Positions 13,766 to 28,700 of a DNA stretch of 64,000 nt are shown piece after piece. The DNA lies in NCBI GenBank assembly GCA_903813345.2, contig CAIIXF020000001.1, positions 15,748,001 to 15,812,000 on the forward strand. Direction: 5' to 3'. The translations under genes and the position numbers were made by a program. The notes beneath the pieces were generated by a model. It ran no database searches, was not told where the DNA came from, and worked only from the letters and a program-made list of their open reading frames with translations. This DNA comes from Owenia fusiformis. Its lineage: Eukaryota. The first letter of the stretch is position 1; each line of letters begins with the position of its first letter.

Positions 13766-14767
13766 CCTGGTCCATGGCTTTCCGACGTCCATAGAACGTG
13801 ATATAACGTGTGATATATGTACTCTATGCCTGTGTTCATTGAGTTTCTATTCCACATCGGCGGGTAATCGACATTAGTCCTTCAATCTCTATTACTTATT
13901 TAAGGTGACGAAATCCACATGTAGGCCATCATAATATATTATTGATGCAGTAGCTCCCACAAAACATACTTCGTATTGTTGTTTTATATTCGTTCGGTGT
14001 AGAGGCTGTATAGTCAGAGCGAATCCTTGCTTCCGACAACTGCTGGTGAGGCTATGAAATTTATTGATTTCTTTCCTGCTCTCGACCAAAGTTACATGAT
14101 ACCTTCACAATACCCCTAAACACGTATGCTTGTTTCTGTGTGCTGGTGAATGATCGAATGTTTCCCGTTTGATATCTATCTTAACTATTTTGTTATAGCT
14201 CAACTTCATCCGTTATCGTCGCAGGTTACAGTTTCCTTTTTTGTCGCGTTACATTTTAATATCGTCTCATTAGCTCTAAGTTTTCAATTTTTCGATACAA
14301 CTTTGGAGAAGATAATTGCTTTTATGCATTTCCATTATCACAAATGTCAGTTTTAACAGTCTTGGAAATTACATTTGGGTTTAATACCACCTCATAATAA
14401 TTTTGTTAATTTACGACGTTCTTGTAAATTACTATTTCTAGTGATGTTATACGTTTTGTTAATTTTGTAAATTACCATGTTGTAGAAAATTGCATTCTCT
14501 AGTAATGTTATGATGTACGGATCCATTTACTCTATTTGTTCCATTATCATTGATTAGACTAATAATCAAGTCGTAAACACAGACACAGAAATTGGATATA
14601 TTTAGTACTAATTTTTGTCATTTGTTGGATGTTATTATGTTACTACTAATATTTTAGGCTAAAGATAGATTAAAGTAAGTGTTAATTCTGACTTATCTGC
14701 TTATAATATGATTGTAATTGTGTCTCATAAGCCTTTGGAGGCTGGCCGTATAATTACGGGTGACACT

Positions 14768-14795
14768 GTAATAAATAAATAAATAAATAAATAGA

Positions 14796-14826
<31 letters not shown>

Positions 14827-14829
14827 ATA
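14768..14829. repeat. (TAAA)n microsatellite, possibly a retroelement 3' tail
   Basis: About 15 TAAA units seen directly. Confidence 0.9.
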
Positions 14830-15656
14830 TAACACAGTGATCATAAATCGGCCACGAAATTCATGTATTGCACTATATTTCGACTGGCTAACTATCTTTG
14901 ACATTTCGTATGATGTGATATTTCCCAAATGTCAAGGTCGAGGTATTCATAACACAGACTCTGCCATATCCCCGGTGACAAGGTAACATCTTGCGCTTAG
15001 TAAAGAGATAATTATGTTTGCCCTAATTCGACGTTAAACATATTAACGTTATGTTTTTTGGGAAGTTATTGAATCAAAGACCTAATTCTGGAGAAGCAAG
15101 GCCCGTCGATTAACTCTCTAGATCACGTATCTGCAATTTACATGTGGATAATTGCTTTCTCAGTAACAACCAAGAATGCTTTTAGCTTATAGAATGCAAA
15201 ATGGATATTACTTCAAGCCATCCATAATCCGACTTGTAATGGAAAAATATAATATAATATTTTCATTGTGAGCTCTTCATGTTGTCTTTCCTCTGAAATA
15301 CTTCGACGTATGATGGACGTGAATGTTCTCAGTTACTACTGTATCAATGCAGCTTTAGGTCTGGTAATCTGTGTGATTTTACATCTTAATTTTATTCACG
15401 TTTCATAAATGTAAACCTTTACTTCGGCAAATGCAAAACTAAGGTTACGTTACCTCGCATTCGTTGTAGAATATATTATGTTCGATCGTGGCGTCCACAC
15501 ATGATATAGATTAGGGAAATTCTATGTCATTCAAAGTAGACATGGTCGAAATTTCAAAGCCGAATGTAAACGGAAAAGTAGTTTTATTCAATGTAAATGA
15601 CAATGTAACGGCCATTATACTTATTATTATGCTGACAAGTGGTACACTTCAAAATA

Positions 15657-16703
15657 CAGGGTGTCCTGAAAGTTAAGATACAAAAACTCTAATTTTAAGA
15701 GATTTCAAATTTTTTGTAATAAATTTGCTACAGATTGTAAAGGAACTGAATAATATATATACCAACTTTCATCTCAAAATATCTAAATGTATTTAAGTTA
15801 TGGTTGTCATGGTTACAGTGGTGGGGGTATGCAGAGCAGTTCCAGGATATCGCTAAAATGTGATAAATTGCTAAAATATTACCATTTAAAACAGCGTTTA
15901 TTATTGTATTTTCTATGTTTTGTTTTGTTCAATTGCTGCCATATTATTCTCTTTACTATAATGATATCATTGATAAATATCAGAACTACGTAGTGTTACT
16001 AATCCTTATAATCAAAGAAAAATTATATACGTGCTTAGAAAAAAGGTCCCTGGATTAATAGGAAAGTCAATAGTGCACACAACGCACAGATTCACAAAGC
16101 AAAGAAAACAAATCTTACAATTGAATGTCTTCACATTTTACCTTTTTGTACAATGGCCCATATTCCCCTGATAATGTAACGTTAGATTTCTACATTAATG
16201 AATATCTGAAAGCAATATTTGTTAGAAGTTCAAGATAAATATGAGACTGGGCTGGAAGCCAATGTTGTCAGCATTGTGAGAGATGGACAGCACTGGTTTT
16301 GTCAAGTCTTTTAATTTCCAGTCAAGATGCACCATGTATTTTTGAATAATGGTGGGAAATACATAATACTGGACAACAGTAGTAATGTCAAATGACCAAA
16401 TAGTGTTACAGTACTAATCCCTTATGTTGTTGTGATACACAAATTGATGTAATATCGGAACAGATGATCATGATGGCGTGCCAAGATATTATAAGCAGGA
16501 AAAATAATCATGAAACACAATTGTGACTCTGTTCCACACACCCCCAACTCCTGTTACCATATCAACCATAACTTTTTCATTTTGAATCAATATGTCATGT
16601 CAGTTGCAGGATAAATTTTTATAATGTCTGTATTAATTTAATCTCACAACAGGCAAATCTATTGAAATTAGGGCACTCGTATCTTTACTTTCCGGACACC
16701 ATG
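15657..16703 (+). mobile_element. ~1.05 kb Tc1/mariner-type non-autonomous element, copy 1
   Basis: TA|CAGGGTGTCCTGAAAGTTAAGATAC ... GTATCTTTACTTTCCGGACACCATG|TA; internal sequence (gctggaagccaatgttgtcagca..gagagatggacagca) is the reverse complement of part of 60326-61379. Confidence 0.88.
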
Positions 16704-17049
16704 TACATTTTATTTTATTTTAGGCAACTCTTTTAGCCACAAAATTGCAAAACAGCTGTTTCGAGTACTACCCCCCCCCCCCCACTCATACTGGATAGTT
16801 CTCATAACGTCATCTATTTTGTTTCGGACGTATTTGCAAGGAATAACGACTGACCACGAATTCATGTAAATAGGTGAGTTATGTCTGTCTGCAGACAGGT
16901 GAATGCAAAGGGGTGAACGACTGCAACGGGATAGACCCCAGAATGAATTTTGAACAGGCTCGAAGCACTTTCTTGTCTGGTGAAGCCAGAGACATAAAAA
17001 ACGTATTTTATATGTCTCTGGGTGGAGCACTTTCCTGGCGTGTGGTATA

Positions 17050-18865
17050 CACAGTGGCTGTACCAAATTAAGCATGACAGTTTACGCGCGGGGTGAGTTA
17101 CACCAAGAGGGTGATGATATTTGAGCAAACTGACTTCCCGATATTTTTATATGTAAATGTCTGTAACAACATCCTATAAGACAGTGAACGTGACAGTGAT
17201 TTTCATAGTTTTCAAACATACACAAACACCGAACTAAGTAGACGGTATAACGTGCGGCAGGGTAAGGCAGAACACAAGCACTTTTAACCCATACCGTTTA
17301 AGTAACTTAAGTGAAGAATTAAATCGACGATTCTGTTGTCTTCTGAGCTATTTTTTCGCAAACCTGTACATTTTCTAAAACATATAATACTGATACACGT
17401 TTGTGAGAAAAGATGTCGTGGGGATTCTGCCTACAAGGCGTGAATTTTGGTAACCAGCGTATTCGAGCGGATCGCAAGTGCACTCGGTCTATATATGGCC
17501 GCCAGAAAATGTTGTGCAAATTCGCATTCTACTGCACCTTCCCGTCAGAACATGCCCATGGAGTTCGTAGAAAAGCAACTACTTCCAATTCGTTCAATCC
17601 GTTCGTACACGTTTTGGTCTGTTCATCTTAACAACGAAGTAAGAACTATGATGTTTTCATCGTTTCGGAGAGATCTGGTATAGTTTCTAGATATTTTTAC
17701 ATGTAAATGGCTGTAGCAACATCCTTGAACTTGACGGTGAATTTCGTAGTTAAACCTACACAAACTTCCAGTGTAGTATACGGTATAAAGCGCGGTAACG
17801 GGTAAGGTACAACACAAGGAATTTGAATTTGCCTCATACTGTATCTCAGGTAAATGTACCCGAGTTTGAGTTGGTTACCCCCCTATCACACCAAACTCGT
17901 TCTTACTCGTTCTTGCCAGTCCTACGAAAACGTCGTAAAACGGGCTCAATCTGGCTGTGGTCGGGAAATATGTCTGAAATAATTAGCTTCTTCGTTCTTA
18001 AACAGTCTTCAATACGTCCATCTCGTTCGCAGTTCGTTCAGGTCGCATCACGACGGTGTGCAACGCCGTAGAACGCGTCCCTTAGTCTAGAAGGTCATCA
18101 TGACCTGATAACAGAACGGTATGGTCGCAATCGAATTTTGAATCGATTCAAAATTCTAAAATCATATTCCCGTCTGAGAACGTTCATAAAGTTCGTAAAT
18201 AGTCCTTAGAAAGTTGCAGCTACGTTCATTCCGTTCGCACACAGTTTAAAACCAGTTTTGAAGAACGCAGTGGCAACTTGTTTGGTGTGATAGCTATATT
18301 TTTGCTAACTCGTTCATAAGCAGTGTTAAATACGTTCTTAATCAGTTTAAACCCGTTTGCAATGAGTTCTACCTCGTTCTCAACACGTCCTCAGACAGTT
18401 CAACTCGTTGTTAAAACGTCCCTAGTAGGATTGAAGTACGACGGTTCCGTTCGTAGTACGTCCAGCTCGTCGTTAGTACGTTGTCACTCGTTCAAATTGT
18501 AGAACGTGACGACCACGAGAACATTTTGAGCATTGTCTAAGTTCTAGAGGACCTACCCGTTCGAGCACGTTCGATGAAGTTTGTAAATAGATCCCAAACG
18601 GTTCTTAGTACGTCCAGTCCGTTCGTACACAGTTGAAGCCCGTTTTCGAGAACGTAGTGAGAACTAGTTTGGTGTGATAGTAGGGTTAACTATGAAATTC
18701 ACGATCAAGTTCACTGTCTAGGATGTTGTTACAGACATTTACATATACAAATATCTAGAAACAAGACTCAATCTTTCTGAAACGATGAAAACATATGTTT
18801 GCTCAAATTTCATCACACTCGTGTTGTGCGTTAACTGTCACGTTTAATTTGGTACGGTCCCTGTG
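17050..18865. mobile_element. Composite foldback element with ~200-bp inverted arms and nested insertions
   Basis: Left CACAGTGGCTGTACCAAATTAAGCATGACAGTT pairs with right AACTGTCACGTTTAATTTGGTACGGTCCCTGTG; a direct partial copy of the left arm lies at ~17650-17820; contains 17340-17480 (family of 53585-53892) and 17878-18685. Confidence 0.75.
17878..18685 (+). mobile_element. TIR element with CCC...GGG ends at a TTA(A) site (piggyBac-like signature), copy 1
   Basis: CCCCCCTATCACACCAAACTCGTTCT ... AGAACTAGTTTGGTGTGATAGTAGGG|TTAA; internal third TIR copy near 18270-18292; inverted second copy at 35325-35912. Confidence 0.8.
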
Positions 18866-19711
18866 TTGATATATCCAAACGCGACAGTTCATCAATACTC
18901 ATTTAGCTAACGATAGTTTTCATTTATACGGATTTAATAGATGTCACTAGGAATTCTTTTCTGCGACGACCTCTAATATTGTATTTTGTAAGTTTGCATC
19001 TCCAATTACCGCCATCTCATCTGGTCAAAAATACGATCCCAAAATCCATAGAAATTTTTGACCAGTTCAAATTGAAGAATTACTGATTCTAATTTTCACT
19101 TTTTCACCAAGCTATTATTTTCTTTCATTGACGGCGAATGATAAAATAAATTGAAAATGAAATTATTCCAACTAAAGTACAGTATACAGCACGTTGTAAT
19201 TGCAAAATCACACGTTACATTGATTGTAATTGCAAAATAATATTAAAATAACTCCCAATATACCATCATGCCTGTGGCGACATACCGATAAATACCTCGT
19301 AGCCTTTAATTAGGGACATAATCATTAAAATTACATACATGTCGTAATGTATGTCGATACATAGAAATAATTGAACTTTGCAATATACAATAAACTCATT
19401 TCACAATTAGGATCGGACCACGGTGTAGTACAATCGAGGAGATATACAAAAAGTTTTACGTACCTTTACAATAATCAGGTACAGGTATGAAATTGCTTTA
19501 TAGGTTATCCACCATCATTATCCGATAGATGGAATAACGTAGAACCATAACGGCGGCTCATGAATAATTCAATAGGATAATACTCGCTGCGCATTGGAGC
19601 AGATATATACCAAAAGTTGGCATACATTCAGGTATATTGGATTTAATTTACACGACTGTGAATACACAGCTATATTGAACTGAGAGTAAAGGTAAACCAT
19701 ACACAGCCACG

Positions 19712-22700
19712 ATGTCGATGGCGGAGGATTTACAATCGACTCTTCAGGCTGAACGTGGCCGGACACGGCTCTCGAGTCTTTTCCATAATGGACCAAAAGA
19801 CGCCTGTTACCGGTGTAAACAACAGGTCTACCAGGCAGAAAAGATAGGCCCGGTCAAAGGAGAGGTGTGGCATAAAACATGTTTCAAATGCTCGAACTGT
19901 GGACAGAATCTCACACTCAAGAACTATCAAGTGAACCAAACTGACGCCAAGGATAAAAATATTTACTGCTCGGCTCATGTGCCCAAAGTAGAAGGATCAA
20001 AATTCGGTCCTGACGCTGTCGTTATCAGGCGGGCGTTAACGGCTCCGAAAGCTGGAGATCTTATTAATGAACAGATTCATAAAGGTGCCGATAAATATAA
20101 CATAAACGCAGATGCCCTCCATATTAAAGGAGCTCTTCAGTCACAACTTCTACAGAAGAATGCATTCAGTAACAGATTTGCTAACAAACACAACTTCCCT
20201 GCAGTTTTGGTAAGTCGTCATATAGCGCCTCCCAAATGAATCATTCAATGAAGCTCAATGGGATTGAATATCACAACACCCATAAAATATTACAACACCC
20301 ATAAAATAATATCTAACACCAATAGGCCTACACATAGACTCTTTGACGTAAATTATGCATTCAATATTCGGTAAACCTCTCGCAAAAAGCTGAATGAATG
20401 TATTGAAGGCAGTTTTTTTTCTCAAGGCGTCGATTTTTCATTGTTTTATTTCGTCAGTAAAACCTAAAAAATAAGAAAACATCGGCTGAAATTCTTTAAT
20501 TACAAGAGGGCATAGGCTTATTGCACAAAAAACTTAATAATCTGAAATATACAAATGTCATCCATGTACAAAAATGAATATATGTTTCCATATATTATTG
20601 CACAATGGTCTCCTGATTTCGTATTTGGGGGTTCTACTGACGAAATAATAATGTACAACTTAAAACATACATGTACTAAAATCATACATGTAATAAGTAT
20701 AATTCAGTAAAAAGTAGTCCACCTGCTCACTAATATCATTACGTGAAGACTAGTCGGTGTATCAACGTGACAACAGGTGGTTTCCAAAACAAATTCTTTA
20801 TATAGGGGCCTATCATTCTGAAAATCAGCCCATCCTTCTGATTCAGCCCATCCTTCTGATTCAATAGCATCAAGCTCTGATATTCATGGCATATATTTAT
20901 AAATCTGAACAACTCGTATTACTGTATAACTGTCATAATGTGTGATAGTTTTTCATAACTGTCATGAGATATAGCACGACTTTAGGATCTTTTCTTCATC
21001 CTAGCACGACCACATCTCACACTACGTGTATCTCATTTCCAAGTTTTGGTTTTCCCAATCATCCCATTTCCCCTTTTTACTGCCTTTTTGATTTCCCAAA
21101 TGCCTGACGGACCTTATCTGACAACCAGTCGTCAAGGTCAGTTATGAAATTGGGCAACACATTCACACACAAGTCAATCACTGTGACATCCTTAGCTTGT
21201 ATCGTTAAAGTGCTCGAGGCGAAGCAAATGAACCAGATGTCCTAAAATTAATCGTGCGTATATCTTACATGTATCATGTATATATTTAGTTTTGGAACAA
21301 ATTGTTGCGTTTTTGATCAAGGATAATAAAAATGACCAGTTTTGCATTTGTATTTAGGTATTGAACAGTGTTGATCATCGTCTCATGAACTTGAATTATT
21401 CCCAGTTAACAGTTATGTATGGTGAACATGGAGTACACTCCTTTCACTGACCTGTCCCAGTGGTTTAAAGTGTTAAGGTACAGCTGGAAAATAACATTTT
21501 GGAAACAATTGCTATACCTGCACATGTTATTTTCTGGTACAAAATAAAGTTTGGAGGTATGTGTTAATTTCCTTGCTTTTCTCAGGAAAGTATCATTACA
21601 TTGTCTTCTTCTGGTATCTGGTAAGAGGTCAATGGGAACTCCAGGAAATTCTGATATTTCACGCTTTCTATTTTTTCAAATTTTCTTTTTAAAGTTTCCA
21701 GAAAACACAGGAGCTATCATTGACCTGTTTCCAGGTTTACTAAAAGTAGACAATGTAATGATACTTTCCGAAAAAAAACAAGTACACACATGCCTCCATA
21801 CTTAATTTTGTACCAGAAAATAGCATGTTCAGGTATAGCAATTTTTTTCCAAATTGTTATTATTTTCCAGCTGTACCTAACAACAGTTCAATAAATTGAC
21901 AAGATTCTTATGTCTCCTAAACAGATTGTTATTGGACCTGTATTATATGTATGAATTTTAATATAGTATCTTGTTTCATATCATGACCTCGAAATCTTTT
22001 TAATCTGAATCTTACAATCCCCAAAGTAATCTTATTTTTGGAATGTATCCATGGAGTTGATTTCATGTGGATCTTTATATGTATAATACTTGGTGGTGAA
22101 CGTTAGTAGCTGAGAGATCAAAAATAAAAATGTAGGTCACGCTAGGTCGAGTGAGAAATATGTCCAGAACGTTGAATTCTCATTACAAAATAATGGGGGT
22201 GTTCTTACTGTAAGTTGTACGTTTTGTACATGTATGCACAATAGCTTTAAGAATTACATGAATGTGGTATATGCATTTTGTAAGACCTTGCAGAGCAGCT
22301 AATCCATAAATAAATAAACCCATACACAATGCATAATCGGGTTACTGTTCTCATATATATAGCACGATTTTGTAAACATAACATGTAAAGTTCATGAAAA
22401 CAAACAAGCGAAAACAAACTATTTAAGCTGGGGCCTTGGGTTAAAATGATTATAAATGTTTTGCCCACATCTAACTGCATTTCAACGCAGGATGGAGAGC
22501 TTTAGAATGTTGTACTTAAACCACATCTTGATTAACAGAATATAACTGGAAAGCGTGGACATCAATTAAATCTATATTTGGGTTAGAATTTTAAATGTCA
22601 ACAAAACATCGCATAGGTTGAGTTAAGATCAAACACAACGACAATGATAAGTTCATTTATGTGGCCTGTACCTTTCAAATTCCTTTTAGGGATTGATAAA

Positions 22701-25700
22701 AAAACATCTTGATCCATCCGTGAATGTCATAAATTGGAATACGTATGTTTCCTGTACATATTGATTTGTTACACTTCACCTGAACAATATTGGGTTGAAT
22801 TAATATGACCCTGTCGCAGGTAGTGACCATTCTGATACACATCACATCTTTCTGCCTTCACCTAAGAATATATAGAAAGAAGCTAATATAAGGCTCTAAC
22901 TGATAGTCAGAGCCTTATTATAAGAGCTGTAGGTGTAATTCTTTTAAAGAAGCACAATCAACCTATATTGGAAAGGGTAAATCAATATTGAAGTTTCAAG
23001 ATAACTTAGTCTAGTTATAATAATGATTGCACAAATTACGACCTTCATCATTTCCCCTAGGTAATAAATTAATAATGAATATGTAGAAACTGTCCAATCT
23101 ATGTTATTGAATATCCACACTACCTGTATCCACCAAGGGACCACAATATATTTGCTTCTTACTTTGATTCTAGCTGATTAATTAAAACACGAACGCTGGT
23201 TGAGATGATAAAGTCCCATATCATCCTGAAACTAATGGGTAGGCTGAACACGTTGATAAGATACTATACTGTTGTTCCTCGCGGATATTGTTCTTTGTCC
23301 TTATAGGATATGGACTATGACATGGAATATAAAACATCATATTAAACACATTAATGTCATTAGTTTCTGTAAAAACAATTAATCCGCTCTCGAACAGAGT
23401 GTACATAAAGACTAGCATTGATTCTGAGACGCCAGCTGATGCATGTGTGTAACACATGGAATGAATATCCTAAACTGCATGATATATTTGTAAATTTCCT
23501 CCGATGTAAAATGTATATTTATTGCCATAGTAATATTATTATAAACCATGACATTTTATTTCTTCTCAGCCCTGGTGAAACAGAAAGATGCTATGAGTAT
23601 CAGAATGATATTAGTTGCCATAATTTTGATATATGTGTCATTAGAAGTATCAATTCGGTGTAAGATCATTTCACAATCTTGAGTATCAATTGAGTTCGAC
23701 CATATTGCCCAATATCACTTCGTATCAACCCAGATTTAGCACATTGCAAAGTTTGCAAAATTTGAGTCCTAGCTCAGTGTTGGTACAGAATCGAACTTGA
23801 ATTTCAAACTTAATAAGAGGACATAACATAGGCATCATTCAGCCCCTCTTTGTTTATTTATTCAATTTTGTGATAATTGCAAACAAACGCTTAATAATAA
23901 TTTAGCTAAGCACATTGCACAATTACACTTGAATATCAACTAAGTGTAACTACGTAATTACACTATAATATTAACACAATCCTCGCATATCGTACAATGA
24001 AACTTGAATCAGCTCAGTATAAGCACATTGCAGAATATCACTTGAGTATCAACTCAGTGCGAGCACATTTCAGTTGAGTATCAACTCAGTGTTTACATCG
24101 TCTTTTACTCAATGTTGACACGTATAGCATCGCTTCATAAAATTACAGAACCATATGTCATTACAAGAAGGTAGTGGTACCCATGAGAACTGCATAGACT
24201 AATACATTAAAAGTTATTGCAACATATTTCCTTTTCTTTTTTCAAGTGACCTTTCAAATAATACCTGTACAAATCATGAATGACAAATCGTTGAAACTCG
24301 TGACGCCTTTTGTATACAGTATCAAAGGATCTGCATGGTTCATAAAAAATTGAACTTTACCTTTTTGGAAGAAAACAAACATCTATACCTTTCTAATGGC
24401 TTCTCAGTAAAGTTCATCTTGATACGTTGGACATTAACATTAGACTAAAACGTGTAAAAACATTCTATTTTTGGTAATTTAGGATTCATCACTCAACGTG
24501 TAGTGTTAACTCTCGTTTTGACTTACATATATTAGTTTATACATATAATGACGTTTATCCCCGTTTCCCCATGGGACGAAACAAGACAGTCCCCGTTTAA
24601 TCCGCTCTCTAGTGGTCTGGAAAACCTAAGATGCATATAATGAATCTGTTTTCTTTTTAAAACATAATTACAGTTAATCATTGCTCAATGGGTTGATGCA
24701 ATGCTGTATGATATTACTCCCATGTTTTTTCACATCGTCAGCTTTTATGGTAATGAATTATGGGAGTGGAGAAAGTCCCGGTGGCAGTGACTGGAATCGT
24801 GTAATAACAAGAACATGTCAACGTGCATTTAATTCAAAAAGAGAGAAAGTAACAGAAATATATAGTCAAGTTCAATATAATTAATTTTTATTCACAAATC
24901 ACAGCGTTGTCACGTGGTTGCAACCAAAGACCGAGACAGATATGACTGACATTACATGGCAAATCAGATGTGCAGCTCCTACATAATCATATTCCCGGTG
25001 TGAAAGAAATTATGGTCCCCCAGGGATTATGGTCCTCCCTTTTAAAGGCCCTTGCTGGCCCTGATTGTGTATAAGATAATAAGGGAAATAGCACAAAGAG
25101 GTCACCATATAAATCAATGGAGAGTAGGACCATAAATTAATAGGACCTCCTACCCTTTTACACATCATACTTATAAATACACGCCCGGTGATCGTGAAAA
25201 TGGGACGGAGGGGGGGGAGCAGGCAATTTCCGCTAGAAAATTCAACAAATCTGGTAAAATTATTTTTTCAAGACAGAGTTTACGATTGAATTGCAAATTG
25301 AATAAGCGCACGGTATGATAAAATATGTTAGGTATTCTAGGATTATTTTTCAACCGATACTCTTTTAACATATAAGATCTATTAAAAAAGGCGCAACGCA
25401 ACCAACGTGCAAAAGTCAAAGTTTTTGCTATAAATCAAGCAACAATGGACTACACGACCTGTAATAAATACTTGTAAGTGATGTTATCATAACTAAATTA
25501 ATGCCATTGCTGAATTTATAAAATAAGTTTCCATACGTAAAATAAAAAATAATCGAAAATAATTAAAATGGGACGGAGGGGGGGAGGGGACGGAGGGGGG
25601 GGGGGAGTAATAATTCTATAAAGTGAAACAACTTCACACGAATTCTTGTATTTGAAAAATGAACTCATTAACTTAGTAAGAAACTGGATGATATACCCCT

Positions 25701-28700
25701 GGAGACTGAAAAATGGGGACATTTGGAGTAAAAGGACTTAAAGTCGCGAAACATCTCTAATCATGTCTTATATACATATTGCTCCCCCCCCTCCGTCCCC
25801 TCCCCCCCCCTCCGTCCCAAACTCATCATTTTCGATTATTTTTTATTTCACATATGGAAACTTATTTTATAAATTCATCAATGACATTAATTTAGTTATG
25901 ATAACATCACTTACAAGTATTTATTACAGGTCGTCCAGACCATTGTTGCTTGATTTAAAGCAAAAACGTTGATTTGTGCCTGTTGATGGCCTTGCGCCTT
26001 TTTTAATAGATCTCATACCTTAGATGCGTATCGTTTCAGAAAAAATCCCAGAAAACCTAACATATTCTACCATACCGTGCGCCTATCCATTTAGCAATTC
26101 AATAGTAAACTTTTTCTTGAAAAAATAAATCTTCCAGATTTGTTGAATTTCCTAGCAGAAATTGCCTGCTCCCCCCCTCCGTCCCATATTCACGATCACC
26201 GGGCGTGAAATATATATATCCCTATTTATCTAGATAATGGAACTCATCCCCATTATGGTCAACATTTTCCATGTCAACTACCAGATATCAAATTCATAAG
26301 TAGGAAGGGAGATAAACGGGATCCTTTAAATGGTATAAACCTAGAACCAGAAACATATAAAACATTTTATGTCTCTGCTAGAACTAACTGATTGTCCTTG
26401 ATAATTGTAATTAATTGATTTTACAATAAATATATATTAAACACAAATAAAAATATTCAAGGTAACGATACGCAATGATGGCATGGGCCAAGACCAACAT
26501 CCAACAGTGTTGGGTCTTCCAATCTCACCCTTGTATCACCAATTCCTTGCTGATACCTGTTCCTCAAAGATATGGGATGAGGTTCTGTAGAATTATCCTT
26601 TCTGCATTACAATTCAGGTACAGAAACAACAAGAGATCTTCAAAGCCCAAGAGGAGTTGGAGAGACTACAGAGAGAAGAGGAGGATAGATTGTACAAGAC
26701 ATTCCAGGCAGAGAGGGAGCAGATGCAAAAGGAGCTCACCACTGAAATAGAAGGAGAATGGGAAAAAAGACTTGAAGAACTCACTGCGAGGTTTGATAGC
26801 GAAATGAAAGGAAAGAAAAAGAAAGTCGTAGATAGAAAGGTAAGTGTTGATTACTATAATTATACAACAATGAATTATTTCACAACACAGTGAAAATGGA
26901 TCAAAGGTTTTAGTTGGTTGTGTGTTTTATTAACAGTAGTCTTGGGCAAATCAATGTACGGATGGTTGAGTGATATCATTTCGTGCTCACTTAGCCAAAT
27001 TTTCTTAGAGACAGCGTTCCATGGTACATACAAGAGCAGTATTATTAAATCAGAAAAAACATCTCGACATCTACTGAATAGAATTTGAAAAGCTTGTGAA
27101 TGTCCATTCAGGAAAGATTTTTATGATAAAAATAGGGGAACGTTTTTTGTGACCTGTATGACAACCTGATCTTTACTCCTCGTGTAATATGTCAGTTTTA
27201 ACCACTTTACCTTGCACCCGATGTACTGCAAGAACGTCAATATAAACATATGGTTTCATCCCTATGTTAAAAATCATACCTTTTTGAGTGATCAGTGATA
27301 TGTTGACACTTTTTACTCAACAATGTTTGAATAAGTCTTATGAGAACATTATTTCCAAATAAAGGATTTTGTTTTAAACTTGCCATACCTGTTCATATTG
27401 AAATAAGACATACATTGACTAAGAAAAGTATAACATAACATGATTCATTTACTTGCATTGGTCAACTTGCACACAACTTCAGTTCAAATTCTTCAGATTT
27501 CCATGTTTGAATTAGTTTTGTTGATAATAGAGCTTTAATCCTGGACCAAGCATTAAGCCAACACTCAAACAACGTCGGACTTCAAGCAATGATTACAGTT
27601 ATACCAATACCATTGTGTACAATGTTAAGCTCGGATAATAGGCGTTTGATGTACATATACTTTCATGCATTTTAAAAACACATTGAGCCGATGTAGTTAA
27701 TTACAACCTAGGATGAAGATTACAACTTACTTGAATCTTTTCCAAAAGTAGATTTAAAAATCCATAGAAATGCTCAAATTCGGAAATAGAATCGTTGAAT
27801 GACCTAATGTTTTAACGCCAAAATGTTAAATTCAATTTTAAACAACAAAAAGTATTTTCGAATAATGAATAATGATACACCCCTTGTCTTTGTGGTCACA
27901 TAGGTGTTGACCTTGAATATCATTCACTTGGTACTGATTTAAATTTGTTTTCATTTCTTCCAGACTCTCTCATCTCACTATGAACGTGAGAAGGACGAGT
28001 TGCAAAAGAACATGACAATAAAGCGACAGAAAAAGAAACAGAACATGACACTGAAACTAATAGCTCAAGAGCAGGAGCAGACAAGTGACTTAGTGAAGAA
28101 ACACAGCGCACAAATGTTAGAACTCATACAACAGAAGAAAATCGAGCTTCAAAGAGAATTGGAGCAAGAACTGGTTCGTACTTTAGAACTATATAAGTCG
28201 TAATACTATTTTTAATAATGTACTAAAAATATAAATGTATGTTGTGTATAAACTGACCTCAGCGGGGATCTGATTCAAATTAAAATAGGTTTTCAAATAC
28301 TAGCAAAACCTTTGAGCAATCGAATGGGCCAAGTAGAAAGAGTTTAAAATCGACAAGAAGTGTCACATATGAATGCATTGCAAACTCGCTCAAATGATTC
28401 ACATGAGGTATATTATTGGCTAAAGCTTTTATCAAAATACTTCAATAAAAATAAAAAACATTTCAACCATTAAAACTAATAATCATAAATGACTGAGGTC
28501 TTAACAGTTTTAAGACCCAAATCGTATGGAATGTTATTATGCGCTTTTAAATGCATCTTGGGACGTGTTCTAAAGATGTTTTTCTTTTATGCAACTCTTG
28601 GTGTTTATTAACCTTTAGCGGAATGTTCATTTATATTAGGCCGGTGCATTGTTTTTTATGGCAGATAACATCGTTAAAACGGGGTTCAAAATATTCAAAC

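Noticed and set aside
14725..14928. Hydrophobic YLFI-repeat ORF
   Set aside because: Translation of the (TAAA)n microsatellite.
17050..17090. Recombination signal sequence (RSS)
   Set aside because: Heptamer CACAGTG is present but no ACAAAAACC-like nonamer at 12 or 23 bp and no antigen-receptor segments; kept only as a transposon-end observation.
17823..18071. Paralogous small ORFs 17823..18071 and 35698..35973
   Set aside because: Similarity arises from two copies of the same non-coding TIR element.
23768..23812. tRNA/SINE A-box-like tagctcagtgttggta
   Set aside because: No B-box or cloverleaf; part of a degenerate tandem repeat.
25516..25972. Poly-proline ORFs on both strands
   Set aside because: Derived from C/G runs in the two arms of the 25180-26207 palindrome.
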